This document shows, piece after piece, positions 27,761 through 37,624 of a DNA stretch of 53,096 nt (positions are counted from its first letter, which is position 1; each line of letters opens with the position of its first letter). Under the pieces are notes generated by a model. It was given only the letters and a program-made list of their open reading frames with translations, was not told where the DNA came from and made no database searches. Source of the stretch: a virus (Duplodnaviria; Caudoviricetes); IMG/VR virus record IMGVR_UViG_3300006428_000052, positions 1-53,096 of that record. One strand, 5' to 3'. Made by a program: the position numbers and the translations under genes.

Positions 27761-28861
27761 TTACATGGTGATAGCCATCTTAATATCCTCGATGGCGTTA
27801 ATCGGCTTGATCGTGACAGCGATAAATACCCATGTCCCGGTATTGGCCTGCTTGATTTCCTGCTCCGTCATGGCGCTGGTATCCGTCTCCTGACTCTGCA
27901 GATACGCTTCCTGGGCATCCACGTCGATGCCGCAGACAAAGCCGGATTCAATCAGGCCACCGTCCGCCAGCGTCTGAAGGTAATCCTGGATTGCGGAGAC
28001 CAGCAGCTGCTTGTTGGCGTACGTATTTGAGTATTTTCCGATGTAGCTGTCCTGGGCTGCCTGACGCAGATCGTGATCGATCATGTCCAGCAGCTCCACA
28101 ATCTTGATGTACTTCCAATCGTCGCCCTTCGCGGTTGTAGTAGTCTGGAAACTGTTGACGGACCGGCCGGTTTTAACCTTTTCTCCGTCCCACCACCAGA
28201 TAAATTTTCCGGCCCCGACGGCGTCATCCCGCTCCGCCTGCGTCAACCGCTCCACATCCGTCGCCTCGCTCATGGGAGCAAAGGTGGCAGAGATCGTCAT
28301 AGGTGCGCCGGCCAGCAGACCCGCGATCCGTCCGCAGTAGGCCGCCGCATCAAAGGTGTCAGTGCCCACCACCGTGCCGTTGGTCGTCACGTTGATAATG
28401 GCGGGATCGTCCGCTGCCACATCGGGAAGCACGGCTTTGTAAATTGCGTGATTGTCCGCTCGTTGCGCCAACACCCAGGTCTTGAGAATGGCGGCTTCCT
28501 CCGCGGTCAAGTCCGATGGACCTGCCAGATAGTCAAAGGACTGGGTGGCCAGCCAGACAAGAGCGGCACTGTCAGACGCGATCACGTCCGCCGCTCCCAT
28601 GATGTAAAGCAGGACTTTCTTGGGCGGATTTGCCGAGCCGGACACCGCCTCATACCCGAGAAACGTCCGCATTACCGCCGCCTGATTGGCCGCGCCCAGT
28701 GTAGCGGGGATCTGCTTGTTGGATGCCAGGGAAAAGGTTTGCCCGGTCAGTGCGGCATCCCGCAAAATCAGGGCAACCACGCCCTTTTGACTGCGTACAA
28801 TGGCCGTGCTGGCCGCCTCGGAAAAAGTAATGGATACGCTTGGCATGGTTAAAGTGCTCAT
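27761..28861 (-). CDS. Tail sheath protein (XkdK-like)
   Basis: MPSVSITF, RIAGLLAG, KIVELLDMI, YIGKYSN. Confidence 0.92.
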   Translation of the reverse strand: MSTLTMPSVSITFSEAASTAIVRSQKGVVALILRDAALTGQTFSLASNKQIPATLGAANQAAVMRTFLGYEAVSGSANPPKKVLLYIMGAADVIASDSAALVWLATQSFDYLAGPSDLTAEEAAILKTWVLAQRADNHAIYKAVLPDVAADDPAIINVTTNGTVVGTDTFDAAAYCGRIAGLLAGAPMTISATFAPMSEATDVERLTQAERDDAVGAGKFIWWWDGEKVKTGRSVNSFQTTTTAKGDDWKYIKIVELLDMIDHDLRQAAQDSYIGKYSNTYANKQLLVSAIQDYLQTLADGGLIESGFVCGIDVDAQEAYLQSQETDTSAMTEQEIKQANTGTWVFIAVTIKPINAIEDIKMAITM

Positions 28862-29322
28862 TCAGATGCCTCCTTAAAAATCATTTGCAGCTGCTCCATG
28901 ATGGGCAGCGTCTCCGACGGCGTAAACTCGCTGCGGTCGTAGGTCAGCGAAAGTGTCACCGTCGTCACGGTATAATCAAAATTGTGCTCCGTCTGGACAC
29001 TCTCTACGCTGGGGGCGCGGTCGGCAACCTTAAGATAGCCCTGGCCGAACACGCCGCCTACAATCGTCATGGTGCGAAAATCCAGCAGCACCGTGTCAGA
29101 GTTGTAATAATCGTCCACCGGCACAAAATCGGTGATCTTGTAGGTAAATAGCAGTGTCAAAGCATTGGGACGGATTCCTCCCAGACGGATAGAAAGCAAC
29201 TCCACCAGGTTGCTGGGGCGGCTGAATTTGTTGGGCGTCCGATTTTCATAAATCGTCTCGCCCGGAAACTGCGCCGACAACGCGGCCTTGATGGCTGTCA
29301 TAAAATCATTGGGTCCGATCAT
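28858..29322 (-). CDS. Tail terminator-like protein
   Basis: Position before sheath; PNKFSRPS. Confidence 0.7.
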   Translation of the reverse strand: MIGPNDFMTAIKAALSAQFPGETIYENRTPNKFSRPSNLVELLSIRLGGIRPNALTLLFTYKITDFVPVDDYYNSDTVLLDFRTMTIVGGVFGQGYLKVADRAPSVESVQTEHNFDYTVTTVTLSLTYDRSEFTPSETLPIMEQLQMIFKEASE

Positions 29323-29843
29323 TACGTAATCTCCCTAAAATCATCACCGAAAACATCGTCAATGACATTTTCCAATCTAGCAAGGCACAGGTCCGCCGCA
29401 TGAATGGCAATCTGTTCCGCTTCCAACTTCGAAAAGGAATAAAATTGGTATCCCTTCACATAGACGCCGTTTCCGCGCAGCCGGGGTTTATAATACTTTG
29501 CTCTTCCGCTTGGCATTCTCACGCCGTGCCCCTGCTCCAGATATCGAGTGATCTTCTTTTTATCAGATTCGCCGCCGGTTGTGATTGCGACTCCATCATC
29601 CGGACGAACAGCCACATATCCACCGCCGCTTCCGATTTCCGGAGATTGCCAGCTGCGGACACGGCCAAACTGATCGTTGACGCCCTGCTTCCCGATCTGG
29701 GACTGGACCTCCTGCATCAGGGCTTTGCCCGCCTCAAATAGGGCTGCGCGTTTCGCCTCCGGCATGATTTGAATGACTCGCTGCCATCCTTTTGCGCCCC
29801 AGAATTCTTTCCAGCGGGTCATGTCCAGATCGTTCCTCGCCAT
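29322..29843 (-). CDS. HK97 gp10-like tail completion protein
   Basis: YLEQGH, VKGYQFY; position. Confidence 0.7.
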   Translation of the reverse strand: MARNDLDMTRWKEFWGAKGWQRVIQIMPEAKRAALFEAGKALMQEVQSQIGKQGVNDQFGRVRSWQSPEIGSGGGYVAVRPDDGVAITTGGESDKKKITRYLEQGHGVRMPSGRAKYYKPRLRGNGVYVKGYQFYSFSKLEAEQIAIHAADLCLARLENVIDDVFGDDFREIT

Positions 29844-30419
29844 TTACACGCCTCCCACATCCGCACGCCTGGTGATTTCATATTCGTTTTTATACTTGTC
29901 CAGCGTGTGAGCGATCTGGACCGGATAATTCACAGTGCCGCAGCGTACGCTGGAGCCCACATCCAGCGTAATCACCTTGGGAACGACCAGCACCAGCGTG
30001 GTGGTGGTCACCGCCATCGGCTCCTGCTGGTCATGGCCCAGATATTTCTCGGTCAGAATGCCCGGGAAGCGATGTCCGGGCGTCTCCGCATTCACGTCCG
30101 CCTGGCAGGTGATCGGGTCGCACAGTGCCGCCTGCACGGTACTGCGCAGCCCATCTCCGACCGGTACGATGGAGGTAACAAAACAAAATTGGTTCTTCCA
30201 CCAGAGCGCTGAAAGCAGCGTCAACTTGGGATTGGCCCACATCGTAAACGTCACGCCTCGGGCTCCGATGCCCACGGAAGAAAACAGGTTGCTCTTGGTA
30301 TCCATCTCCGCCGTTGCCCAGGCCGTGTACAGCGTATCCCAGATGTAGATGTCCTCGGTCTCGTCATAGACCAGCTGCATCACCTGCACGCGCTGATTCA
30401 TCGCGCCCACGCTTGCCAT
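29844..30419 (-). CDS. Head-tail adaptor (head closure)
   Basis: GAMNQRVQV, TAWA; position after connector. Confidence 0.7.
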   Translation of the reverse strand: MASVGAMNQRVQVMQLVYDETEDIYIWDTLYTAWATAEMDTKSNLFSSVGIGARGVTFTMWANPKLTLLSALWWKNQFCFVTSIVPVGDGLRSTVQAALCDPITCQADVNAETPGHRFPGILTEKYLGHDQQEPMAVTTTTLVLVVPKVITLDVGSSVRCGTVNYPVQIAHTLDKYKNEYEITRRADVGGV

Positions 30420-30440
30420 GTCTTCCTCCCTTCCGCCCCG

Positions 30441-30457
30441 GTGTCCGAATCGGACAC
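30441..30457. repeat. Dispersed 17-bp palindrome, copy 2
   Basis: GTGTCCGAATCGGACAC extended by GCCCCG/CGGGGC; intergenic. Confidence 0.95.
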
Positions 30458-30469
30458 CGGGGCAAGTCC

Positions 30470-30802
30470 TTAAAATGAGATCGGGCTTAACTGATTGATG
30501 ATCTGGCGAACACCAAGCGGGAAATCCATGGATTTCCCCTGTGTCTCGTCCTCGTCGCCGCGGTTATCGTCCCAGAACAGCACCATGCCGTTGACTGCCA
30601 GATCATAGAGCTTGTCCCCGCCGGCGTTCGTCAAGTCCGCATCCGCGGTATTCTCTGCATCAGGACGGATAATGTCGGCATTGGCCAGATACTGCACCGC
30701 TGAGTCATAAAACTCGGTCAGTGTCGCCTTTACTTCGTCGTCTTCGGAAAACTCCTCTTTTTTGCAGTATCGTAGCAGCGATGTCATTCTGGCATCCGTC
30801 AT
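30470..30802 (-). CDS. Head-tail connector (gp6-like)
   Basis: AVQYL, LFWDDNR, GVRQIINQL. Confidence 0.8.
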   Translation of the reverse strand: MTDARMTSLLRYCKKEEFSEDDEVKATLTEFYDSAVQYLANADIIRPDAENTADADLTNAGGDKLYDLAVNGMVLFWDDNRGDEDETQGKSMDFPLGVRQIINQLSPISF

Positions 30803-30805
30803 AGC

Positions 30806-31216
30806 TTAAATCACCAATTTCCAGTCGTTGTCGGCGGGCAGATAATGAACAGCGCCCGACATCGTGGCGGCACAGACCACATCAGCATCGGCATCATGCT
30901 GGAATTTGACGGCATAATAGCCGCCCCGATCCGCTGTTACCTTGGCGGAAACAACCGCCAGTGCGGACGCCATGGCCTCCGACACGGTAAAGGTCTTTTC
31001 GCTCACTTTTACGGCGTTGGTGCCGGCCGCATCGTCCGCAGAGTAGATCCCTGCCGTCAACGTTTTTCCCGCGGCCAGTGCTCCGGTAGTGATAAGGAAC
31101 TCCACTTCGGAGAAGCCGGAGACAGAAAGATAATCGCTGGTCTTTTCCGTGGCAGTCGCCACCGCCTGGGGGACAAAAGCCACCTGATGTGCAAACGCTT
31201 CGCAAATTCTATTCAT
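30806..31216 (-). CDS. Putative capsid accessory/decoration protein
   Basis: 136 aa beta-rich ORF directly after the major capsid gene. Confidence 0.55.
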   Translation of the reverse strand: MNRICEAFAHQVAFVPQAVATATEKTSDYLSVSGFSEVEFLITTGALAAGKTLTAGIYSADDAAGTNAVKVSEKTFTVSEAMASALAVVSAKVTADRGGYYAVKFQHDADADVVCAATMSGAVHYLPADNDWKLVI

Positions 31217-31233
31217 CGTTACTACCTCCTAAC

Positions 31234-32541
31234 TTATCCGCGTGCGGCCAAGCCGATAAACGGGCTGCGCAGCTTGGTGCTGTTCTTGATTTTCAGGGGT
31301 TTATTGATCTTGGGAGCGCCATTGCAGCGCATGACCATGCGGAAACACTGCTGATCAGTCAGAAATTCCACATGGATGGACCAATCCTGTTTTGCGGTGC
31401 CCTTGACCAACAGGATGTACTGCAGCGGATCAATCAGCGTCACATCGCCCAGGGAGCCAACCGCAGAACAGTTGTCGTCAAACAGGACAGGCTTATTCAG
31501 AACCCGCTGCGTATCGAAGTTACCTAGACCGCCCTCGGGATTCCAGAGGAATTTGGCTGCGTTACCGCTCTCGATGTGCAGATAGGGAAGCTGCTCTTCC
31601 ACATCGGGGTGCATTACCCAGACCAACCGGTCGCGGTTGCGGGGCATAGATCGCGCCTGCATTTTAATCGCGTTGTCTCCCACAAATGTCTTCGCTACCT
31701 GATCGGTCTCTTTATCCACAGAGATCAGAGCGCCGGATTTCAGATAGCCGAGAGGCTTTCCAACGCCGTCTCCGGAGATTACGGAACCAGCCAGCAGACG
31801 GTCCGAGGCCAGGGAAAACGCATTGCCGAAGAACCCGGACATGAATGCCACATCCTGCAGCATTTCATCCGTGCAGTAGGCAATGCCCATCATCTTTTCC
31901 AGATCCATCTTAACCTCGTTGAACTGAGGCTTACTGGCTTTTACCGAAGCGCCCTCCGCGGCCCAATACATCATGATCCCGCCGAAAACAGACTCAGAGA
32001 CATCGGTCTCGTCACCTCGCAGCCAGCGGGCACTGTTGGAGGGATTGGATACCACATAACGATCCAGGCGATTCAGCAGCGGGCTCTTCTGCACAGCGCT
32101 TTCCAGAATCGTGCCGGCGAAATCAGTCTGCAGCGCAAAGCCGCCGTCCGGGCCGGTAATTGTGGAAGTACCCAGCACATCGTCATTCACCTGCATCAGA
32201 CGCTTATCCTGCGCAAGGCCCTTGGTCTGTTTATAGATTGCCTGCAGCTGCTCACCCAGGCTGTCAAAAACTTTCAGGCCCTTTTTCTCCCCCTTTATGG
32301 GTTCGCCACCTTTGTCATGCAGAATACTGTCGTCCGGATGATTCTCCGGCACCGCATTCTTGCGGCTGGCGTCCATGAGCTTTTCCAGCGACTGAATATT
32401 GGTGTTGATGCCCTCCATCTGAGCGGTAACTTTATCAACCTCCTCAAATTTGCCGTCCGTGGCCAGCGTTTGCGCTTGGTCCACCAGCTGGGACTTCTGC
32501 GCCCGCAGCTCGCTGATTTTTTCCATGTAGTCCATTTGCAT
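31234..32541 (-). CDS. HK97-type major capsid protein
   Basis: N-terminal coiled-coil delta domain, DGGFALQTD, GDGVGKPLG. Confidence 0.93.
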   Translation of the reverse strand: MQMDYMEKISELRAQKSQLVDQAQTLATDGKFEEVDKVTAQMEGINTNIQSLEKLMDASRKNAVPENHPDDSILHDKGGEPIKGEKKGLKVFDSLGEQLQAIYKQTKGLAQDKRLMQVNDDVLGTSTITGPDGGFALQTDFAGTILESAVQKSPLLNRLDRYVVSNPSNSARWLRGDETDVSESVFGGIMMYWAAEGASVKASKPQFNEVKMDLEKMMGIAYCTDEMLQDVAFMSGFFGNAFSLASDRLLAGSVISGDGVGKPLGYLKSGALISVDKETDQVAKTFVGDNAIKMQARSMPRNRDRLVWVMHPDVEEQLPYLHIESGNAAKFLWNPEGGLGNFDTQRVLNKPVLFDDNCSAVGSLGDVTLIDPLQYILLVKGTAKQDWSIHVEFLTDQQCFRMVMRCNGAPKINKPLKIKNSTKLRSPFIGLAARG

Positions 32542-32556
32542 TTACTTCCTTTCGTC

Positions 32557-33261
32557 TTAATAACTCGCAAGCGCTCTGATCCGAGCCAGGGCGCGGCTTG
32601 CTTTATCTTTTTTTCGGGCCTCCGCTTTTTCCGCGGCAATATGGTCCTGATACCGGGCCCGCATAGCCGAGGTAATACGGATGCGGGAGCCGACGGCGGC
32701 CACCATCGGAGCCGGATCAGCGCCGACCGCATCCCCCAGCTTTACGATTTCATCGATCAGGCCGTATTCTAGGGCCTGCGAAGGGGGAATGTAGATGTTT
32801 TTATCCATTAAAGCGATCAAATCCTCCTTGGATTTGCTGCTGTTCCGGGCCGTGTACATTTCGAGGATGCAATCCCTGGCGTTTTTCAGGCCCTCCGCCG
32901 CGCTTTCCATTGCGTGAAAATCGCCTTCCTGGCCACCGCTGGGATTGTGATAGCACAGCAGAGCTCCAGGCTCGCTCCGGATCACCGTACAGGCAGAAAC
33001 GGCCAGCGTGGCCGAGGATGCACCCCAACCTTGGAATAAAGCCTCCGTTTTCCCGGAATAACGCCGCAGCATGGAGCGAATCTCGCCTCCCACCGTCATA
33101 TCTCCTCCGGGAGAGTTGATCAGGATCGTCACATCTTCTCCATTTGCCTTTTCCAGAGCCGCCGCAATGTCCATGGGGGCCGTAATATCGCGCCAGCCCC
33201 AGTAGCGCAGAACATCGGCGCTGTCGTTGTCCCAGAGCTCGCCTCTTAGTGCAATATCCAT
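32557..33261 (-). CDS. ClpP-like prohead protease
   Basis: INSPGGD, GASSAT, YHNP, YGLIDEI. Confidence 0.9.
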   Translation of the reverse strand: MDIALRGELWDNDSADVLRYWGWRDITAPMDIAAALEKANGEDVTILINSPGGDMTVGGEIRSMLRRYSGKTEALFQGWGASSATLAVSACTVIRSEPGALLCYHNPSGGQEGDFHAMESAAEGLKNARDCILEMYTARNSSKSKEDLIALMDKNIYIPPSQALEYGLIDEIVKLGDAVGADPAPMVAAVGSRIRITSAMRARYQDHIAAEKAEARKKDKASRALARIRALASY

Positions 33262-34485
33262 CTATTTCTTGCCTCCATTTATAATGTTTTGAAGAGAACC
33301 AAGGTTCTTACTTGCCAAAAATTGCTTACCAATCCCGCCCGGAATAGGATTTTTCTCCTCCAACGCCCGGCATTCATCCGGATTGTAGACGCCGTTTTGG
33401 ATCATCCGCTGATAGAACTGGCCTCGGCTCTCATCATCGCCCCGCATCAGGACGGATACATTGCCTTTCATGTACCAGCCCTGTGACCGCTGGAATGGCA
33501 GCAGCGCTTTGTAGGTATTTTCCTGCTCCCACTGAGTTACATATGGCACCAGAGTATCCGTCACATAGTCCACACGCTGCCGGGCATTGCTGTCATAAGA
33601 CTCTTTTCCGCTCTGCAGCATGTATTTCGGGATTCCGGTAAAGCGGCTGATCTCCTCCACGCCGAAAGCCCGGCTTTCAATGTACTGTGCGTCACTCTGG
33701 CTCAGACCGATGGGATTGTATTTATAGCCACGGGTCAGAACAGCCACGCGAAAAGCATCCTCTCCCATTGGAGAAAACCGCTTGAACTGGTCCCGGACCT
33801 CTTCGCGGCCTTCTTTCTTCAGGTCGGGGTCCACTTCCACAATTCCGCTCATCCGGGCACCGTTTTGATAGAACTTTTTTCCATATTGCTGGGCTGCACC
33901 CTCTGCGCCGATGGTTTCATGGGCAAGATCCAGGAGGCCGCGCCCCTGGATTCCGTCGTAGCTCTCGAAGAACAACATGGAGAGCTCATATCCGGTAAAG
34001 GAGTGGAATGAGCCATCCACTGTAAAGTCATACCAGTATTGTCCGGTTTCCTGATCCCTCCGAATGTGGCAGCATTCCGTCGGGAGCGGCAGTCGTTCTA
34101 TGATTCGGCCGCTTCCATCACGACGATTCCAGCAGTATCCGACACCCCGCCAGAAAGCATTGGACATAATGGTATGTCCGCACATAAACGGCGACATATT
34201 GTCATTGGGACGAACTTTGAATACTCGGTCGATGGACTCATCACTGACAGCCTGCCGTTCTTCTCCATTTTTCTGGTAAATGGACATGGGAATTAATCCG
34301 AAAGAGCAGGTCAGAATACGGTGAGCTGCTGCCACGGGTGAGAGTTTTTCTGCGCCCCATCGGCCCGCATCGTATACCTCGCCGGATAAAAAGAGATCGC
34401 TGAACTGTTGGTTGACTTCATCCCAGGTCAAAGAGCTGTATTCAACTGCCCGTGGAGGCCGGATTGCTTTGGATAAAAACATCAT
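33262..34485 (-). CDS. HK97-family portal protein
   Basis: RPNDNMSP, FYQNGA, EEISRFTGIP, NPDECRALE. Confidence 0.93.
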   Translation of the reverse strand: MMFLSKAIRPPRAVEYSSLTWDEVNQQFSDLFLSGEVYDAGRWGAEKLSPVAAAHRILTCSFGLIPMSIYQKNGEERQAVSDESIDRVFKVRPNDNMSPFMCGHTIMSNAFWRGVGYCWNRRDGSGRIIERLPLPTECCHIRRDQETGQYWYDFTVDGSFHSFTGYELSMLFFESYDGIQGRGLLDLAHETIGAEGAAQQYGKKFYQNGARMSGIVEVDPDLKKEGREEVRDQFKRFSPMGEDAFRVAVLTRGYKYNPIGLSQSDAQYIESRAFGVEEISRFTGIPKYMLQSGKESYDSNARQRVDYVTDTLVPYVTQWEQENTYKALLPFQRSQGWYMKGNVSVLMRGDDESRGQFYQRMIQNGVYNPDECRALEEKNPIPGGIGKQFLASKNLGSLQNIINGGKK

Positions 34486-34489
34486 TTCC

Positions 34490-34708
34490 TCACTTTCCGC
34501 GCTTGGCCCTTGCCACCGTCACAGCATAGGCCGCGAAGCAGATACCAGCCACAGCCAAAGCCGCCGCATAACCATATCGAATTGCAGCTGATGCAATAAA
34601 GCAGATGCCTGCCGATACAAATAGCAAGTCCTCAAAATAAAGGCCCAGCAGCTCAACCACTTTTTCTTGGCTTGCCCGCCGCCTCTGTCGTTTTTCCTCC
34701 TTGGTCAT
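34490..34708 (-). CDS. Small membrane protein between terminase and portal
   Basis: 72 aa, two hydrophobic segments. Confidence 0.7.
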   Translation of the reverse strand: MTKEEKRQRRRASQEKVVELLGLYFEDLLFVSAGICFIASAAIRYGYAAALAVAGICFAAYAVTVARAKRGK

Positions 34709-36498
34709 AGGCCCCAGTCCTCTCCTAAGTGTTCTGTGTCAAATGTTGCTTTGTTCCGCATAATCATCCACACCGCCACGACAATGATCATGCCGACAGA
34801 CGGGTCAATTCGTCCGGTAGACTTATTTTTCAGCGGTTTTTCGTTTCCGTTACCATCCACATAGCAGCGTACATTGCCAAAACACCACCGGGCACAGGTA
34901 TTGTGGACGTGCAGCATCTCATGCTTGATCATTCCGGTCTCGATCTCCTTCATGGCAGGGCTCATATTCTTAAGGTCCTGCGGAATCTCGATGACATCCA
35001 CAATCGGCGTAAGCCGCTGCGTAATCGTCCGGGACAGATAGGGGTCAAAGCCCACTGCTTTGAGGTTATAATCCCGCTTTGCCTGCGCAATGGTCGCTTC
35101 CACGTCACCGTAGTCGATTACATCGCCCTCACATAGCTTTATGAATCCCGCACGATCCCAGTCCCGATACGGAACATGGTCCCGTTTTTCCGCCGCTTCC
35201 ACGTTTCCACGCGGACGCCAGATATGGAAAAGGAAAATACCATGATCTAGCCCGTTCTGAACCGGAAAAAACAGCACAAATGCCGTCAGGTCCCGGGAGG
35301 AGGAAAGGTCCACACCGCCGTAACAGAGCTTCCCTTTCAGCTGTTCCAGCCACTTCTCCCGCTCCGCCTTGGCGGACGGACCCCACTGGGTCTTGTCCCA
35401 CAGCGTCAGCGGCAGCCATCCCACCGCTTTGACGGAGATCCACTGATTCAGACGCAGCCAACGAAACAGCTTTTCGTCTGCTTCACTCTTTTTGGCGGCC
35501 ATGGCCTCCATCCGCAGCGTGCGGATCTTCAAGTGCTTTCCCAAGGATGGATTGCACATGTACCATAGCCGCTCATCCCAGATATCAACCTTGGCCAAGT
35601 CCTCCGGATCATCGCCAAATATTGCCGTCAGGCCGTAGAGCACTGGCAGCCAGTTCGGGAAATCCCGGCTTAGCAGATCCGCTTCCGCAGCCGGAAGGTC
35701 CTCTTTCTCCACATGGCGGAGAGACAGCACGGTGCATGGATCGCCGTCCTCATCCAGCACCTTGCGGAGCTTTCGGGCGTCCCGGATGGCCACGGCCTTT
35801 TCGTGGATTTCCCAGCCAATGGAGCCCCGGTCCGGGTCGTCGCCGGCGGTCGTCAGCACGATATATACCGGCTGCTTCCGACCGGAGCCGGAGCCGAAGG
35901 TCATAACGTCCCACAGGTCCCGATTCGGCTGCGCGTGCAATTCATCGAAGATCACACAGCTGGGCTTATAACCATGCTTCGAAAAAGCCTCGCTGGACAG
36001 CACCTTCATGATGCCGACGATCACCCATTTAAAGCCGCCGTTACCGGTGCGGATGCGCTGTCGGTACTCAATCCGCTTCTGGGATTCCACAATTTTCAGT
36101 TCCCCGCGGGCGATCATCTTAGCCGTCCAGGGAGCCGATGTCAGCATAAACAGCGCCGCATTAAATACGATGCCAGCGTTTTCTTTATCCGCTGCGCAAA
36201 TGTAAACCTCCGCGTTCAGCTCGCCATCCGCAAACAGATGATAAATGCCCAGAGACGCCGCCAGTTCACTTTTGCCGTTTTTCTTTGGAATCTCCAGATA
36301 GAGATACCAGTATTTCCGCAGCCGTTCGCCGGTCTCCTCGTCCTGGTCCATCGTGGAGTAAAACTCCATGATGGGATCTCGTTCCCAGTCGTACAGCTTA
36401 AACGGCTTTCCGGTGTCCGTGGTCGGCAGCCGCTCGATGAAATCACAAACGAACAGCCCGGCCCCCTCGTCAAAATACTCGTGGTTTTTCTCCGGCAT
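34705..36498 (-). CDS. terL: Terminase large subunit
   Basis: IPKKNGKSEL, IFDELH, LTTAG, GVDLSS, RIDP. Confidence 0.95.
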   Translation of the reverse strand: MPEKNHEYFDEGAGLFVCDFIERLPTTDTGKPFKLYDWERDPIMEFYSTMDQDEETGERLRKYWYLYLEIPKKNGKSELAASLGIYHLFADGELNAEVYICAADKENAGIVFNAALFMLTSAPWTAKMIARGELKIVESQKRIEYRQRIRTGNGGFKWVIVGIMKVLSSEAFSKHGYKPSCVIFDELHAQPNRDLWDVMTFGSGSGRKQPVYIVLTTAGDDPDRGSIGWEIHEKAVAIRDARKLRKVLDEDGDPCTVLSLRHVEKEDLPAAEADLLSRDFPNWLPVLYGLTAIFGDDPEDLAKVDIWDERLWYMCNPSLGKHLKIRTLRMEAMAAKKSEADEKLFRWLRLNQWISVKAVGWLPLTLWDKTQWGPSAKAEREKWLEQLKGKLCYGGVDLSSSRDLTAFVLFFPVQNGLDHGIFLFHIWRPRGNVEAAEKRDHVPYRDWDRAGFIKLCEGDVIDYGDVEATIAQAKRDYNLKAVGFDPYLSRTITQRLTPIVDVIEIPQDLKNMSPAMKEIETGMIKHEMLHVHNTCARWCFGNVRCYVDGNGNEKPLKNKSTGRIDPSVGMIIVVAVWMIMRNKATFDTEHLGEDWGL

Positions 36499-36504
36499 GG
36501 GCCA

Positions 36505-37023
36505 TCACTCCGTGGATGCCATGGCGCTGGCCTGCCGCGCATGGAGCCGCTTTGAAAACTCGTCGTCTCCTTCTGCCGCGGGAGCAGCGGCTGGAGTGAG
36601 CACCTTCGGGAGCACCAGCCGGCAGCGGGATGTGATCGACAGGCCCATTGCCTCCGCGCACTGGCGGCACTGTTTGAAATAGGATGCCTGGATGCTGCTC
36701 CAATCCTTGGCCTTCACCTCGTCCTTGGCCCGGATCGCGGTCGCCGCCTGCTTATCAGCCCGCACCCAGCGTTCCCGCGTGACCAGGTACTGCGCAAGGA
36801 TATCTTTGTCCAGGTCCGTATAGAGCTCTACACGCAGCAGCATCTCGCCCAGCTCCTCAAATTCGGCGTGAAATTTCTTTGCCAGCCACTTGGGAGGGAT
36901 CGCCTTCTCCGGCGGCTCGACCTTCACTTCTGCATCCAGCCGGGCATCAATCTCCGCCTGGGGCATGTGCTTTTTTCCGTTTGCTATCACCACGCTGGTG
37001 GGCTGTCGTTTTCCTGCCATCAC
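36505..37023 (-). CDS. terS: Terminase small subunit (P27 family)
   Basis: PPKWL, D..ILAQY, MGLSITSRCRL. Confidence 0.9.
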   Translation of the reverse strand: MMAGKRQPTSVVIANGKKHMPQAEIDARLDAEVKVEPPEKAIPPKWLAKKFHAEFEELGEMLLRVELYTDLDKDILAQYLVTRERWVRADKQAATAIRAKDEVKAKDWSSIQASYFKQCRQCAEAMGLSITSRCRLVLPKVLTPAAAPAAEGDDEFSKRLHARQASAMASTE

Positions 37024-37147
37024 TCAGCACCTCCTCCGGCAGAAATAAAGGGCCGTCACAGGCCGGACACCTCCAGCCATCCATGCACTGGCTTCGCGTC
37101 TGAATAGAATATCCGCAGTCGCGGCAGCGCCATGTTGTTAAAGCCAT
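36947..37147 (-). CDS. Small Zn-ribbon ORF
   Basis: AAAGGA RBS; MALTTWRCRDCG..RCPACD; overlaps the terS start. Confidence 0.45.
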   Translation of the reverse strand: MALTTWRCRDCGYSIQTRSQCMDGWRCPACDGPLFLPEEVLSDGRKTTAHQRGDSKRKKAHAPGGD

Positions 37148-37162
37148 TTCGTTGTCCTTTCC

Positions 37163-37260
37163 TTCCGGCGCATCACCCGGCCCTCGCGGTTGGTTCGCGG
37201 GGGCCAGGCAGGAGAGAAGGAATGAAAGCCGGCCGGCAAAGGCCGGGTAACACGCCGGAA
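37163..37260 (-). ncRNA. Candidate structured RNA unit 2 with anti-SD/anti-ATG loop
   Basis: 24-bp closing stem with 5 G-U pairs; inner stem GGCCGGC/GCCTGGCC; loop UUUCAUUCCUUCUCUCCU. Confidence 0.7.
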
Positions 37261-37266
37261 TGCTGT

Positions 37267-37360
37267 TCGGGCACAGCACCCAGCCTTCGCGTATACGCTC
37301 CGGCCGGGCAGGAGGGAATGTCATGGCAACGCCAGCCCGAAAGCTGGGTGCCGCGCCCGA
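37267..37360 (-). ncRNA. Candidate structured RNA unit 1 with anti-SD/anti-ATG loop
   Basis: 23-bp closing stem with 3 G-U pairs; inner stem GGCTGGC/GCCCGGCC; loop GUUGCCAUGACAUUCCCUCCU. Confidence 0.7.
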
Positions 37361-37437
37361 TATTTTCGGTTGCCCTGGCGACGATCCCGGATCTTTACCG
37401 TCCTGCCGCCCTGGTTCCCGCTAAATTTTTGGTTCAG

Positions 37438-37454
37438 GTGTCCGATTCGGACAC
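37438..37454. repeat. Dispersed 17-bp palindrome, copy 3
   Basis: GTGTCCGATTCGGACAC. Confidence 0.95.
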
Positions 37455-37479
37455 CGCCGGCAGCCTGGGGCCGCCGAAA

Positions 37480-37565
37480 TTTCGCCGTGGGGAAATTTTT
37501 TCGTATGTGCCCTCGCTTGCGGTATTCCGCGGCCCGGTCAAAACTTTCTTGACCGGGGGGAGGGT
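37480..37565 (-). other. Probable cos/packaging region
   Basis: Non-coding gap between HNH and terS, the usual cos location in HNH/P27/HK97-type phages; cut site not determined. Confidence 0.45.
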
Positions 37566-37624
37566 TGCGAGGAATCGCACTCACATGCGCTCGATGCGCC
37601 CATGCGCCCAAGCGTCCAGCCTCG

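Noticed and set aside
37210-37424. Plus-strand mini-ORFs starting at the SD-ATG motifs
   Set aside because: Antisense to the late operon with no evident promoter; G-U pairing favours a minus-strand RNA; not fully excluded
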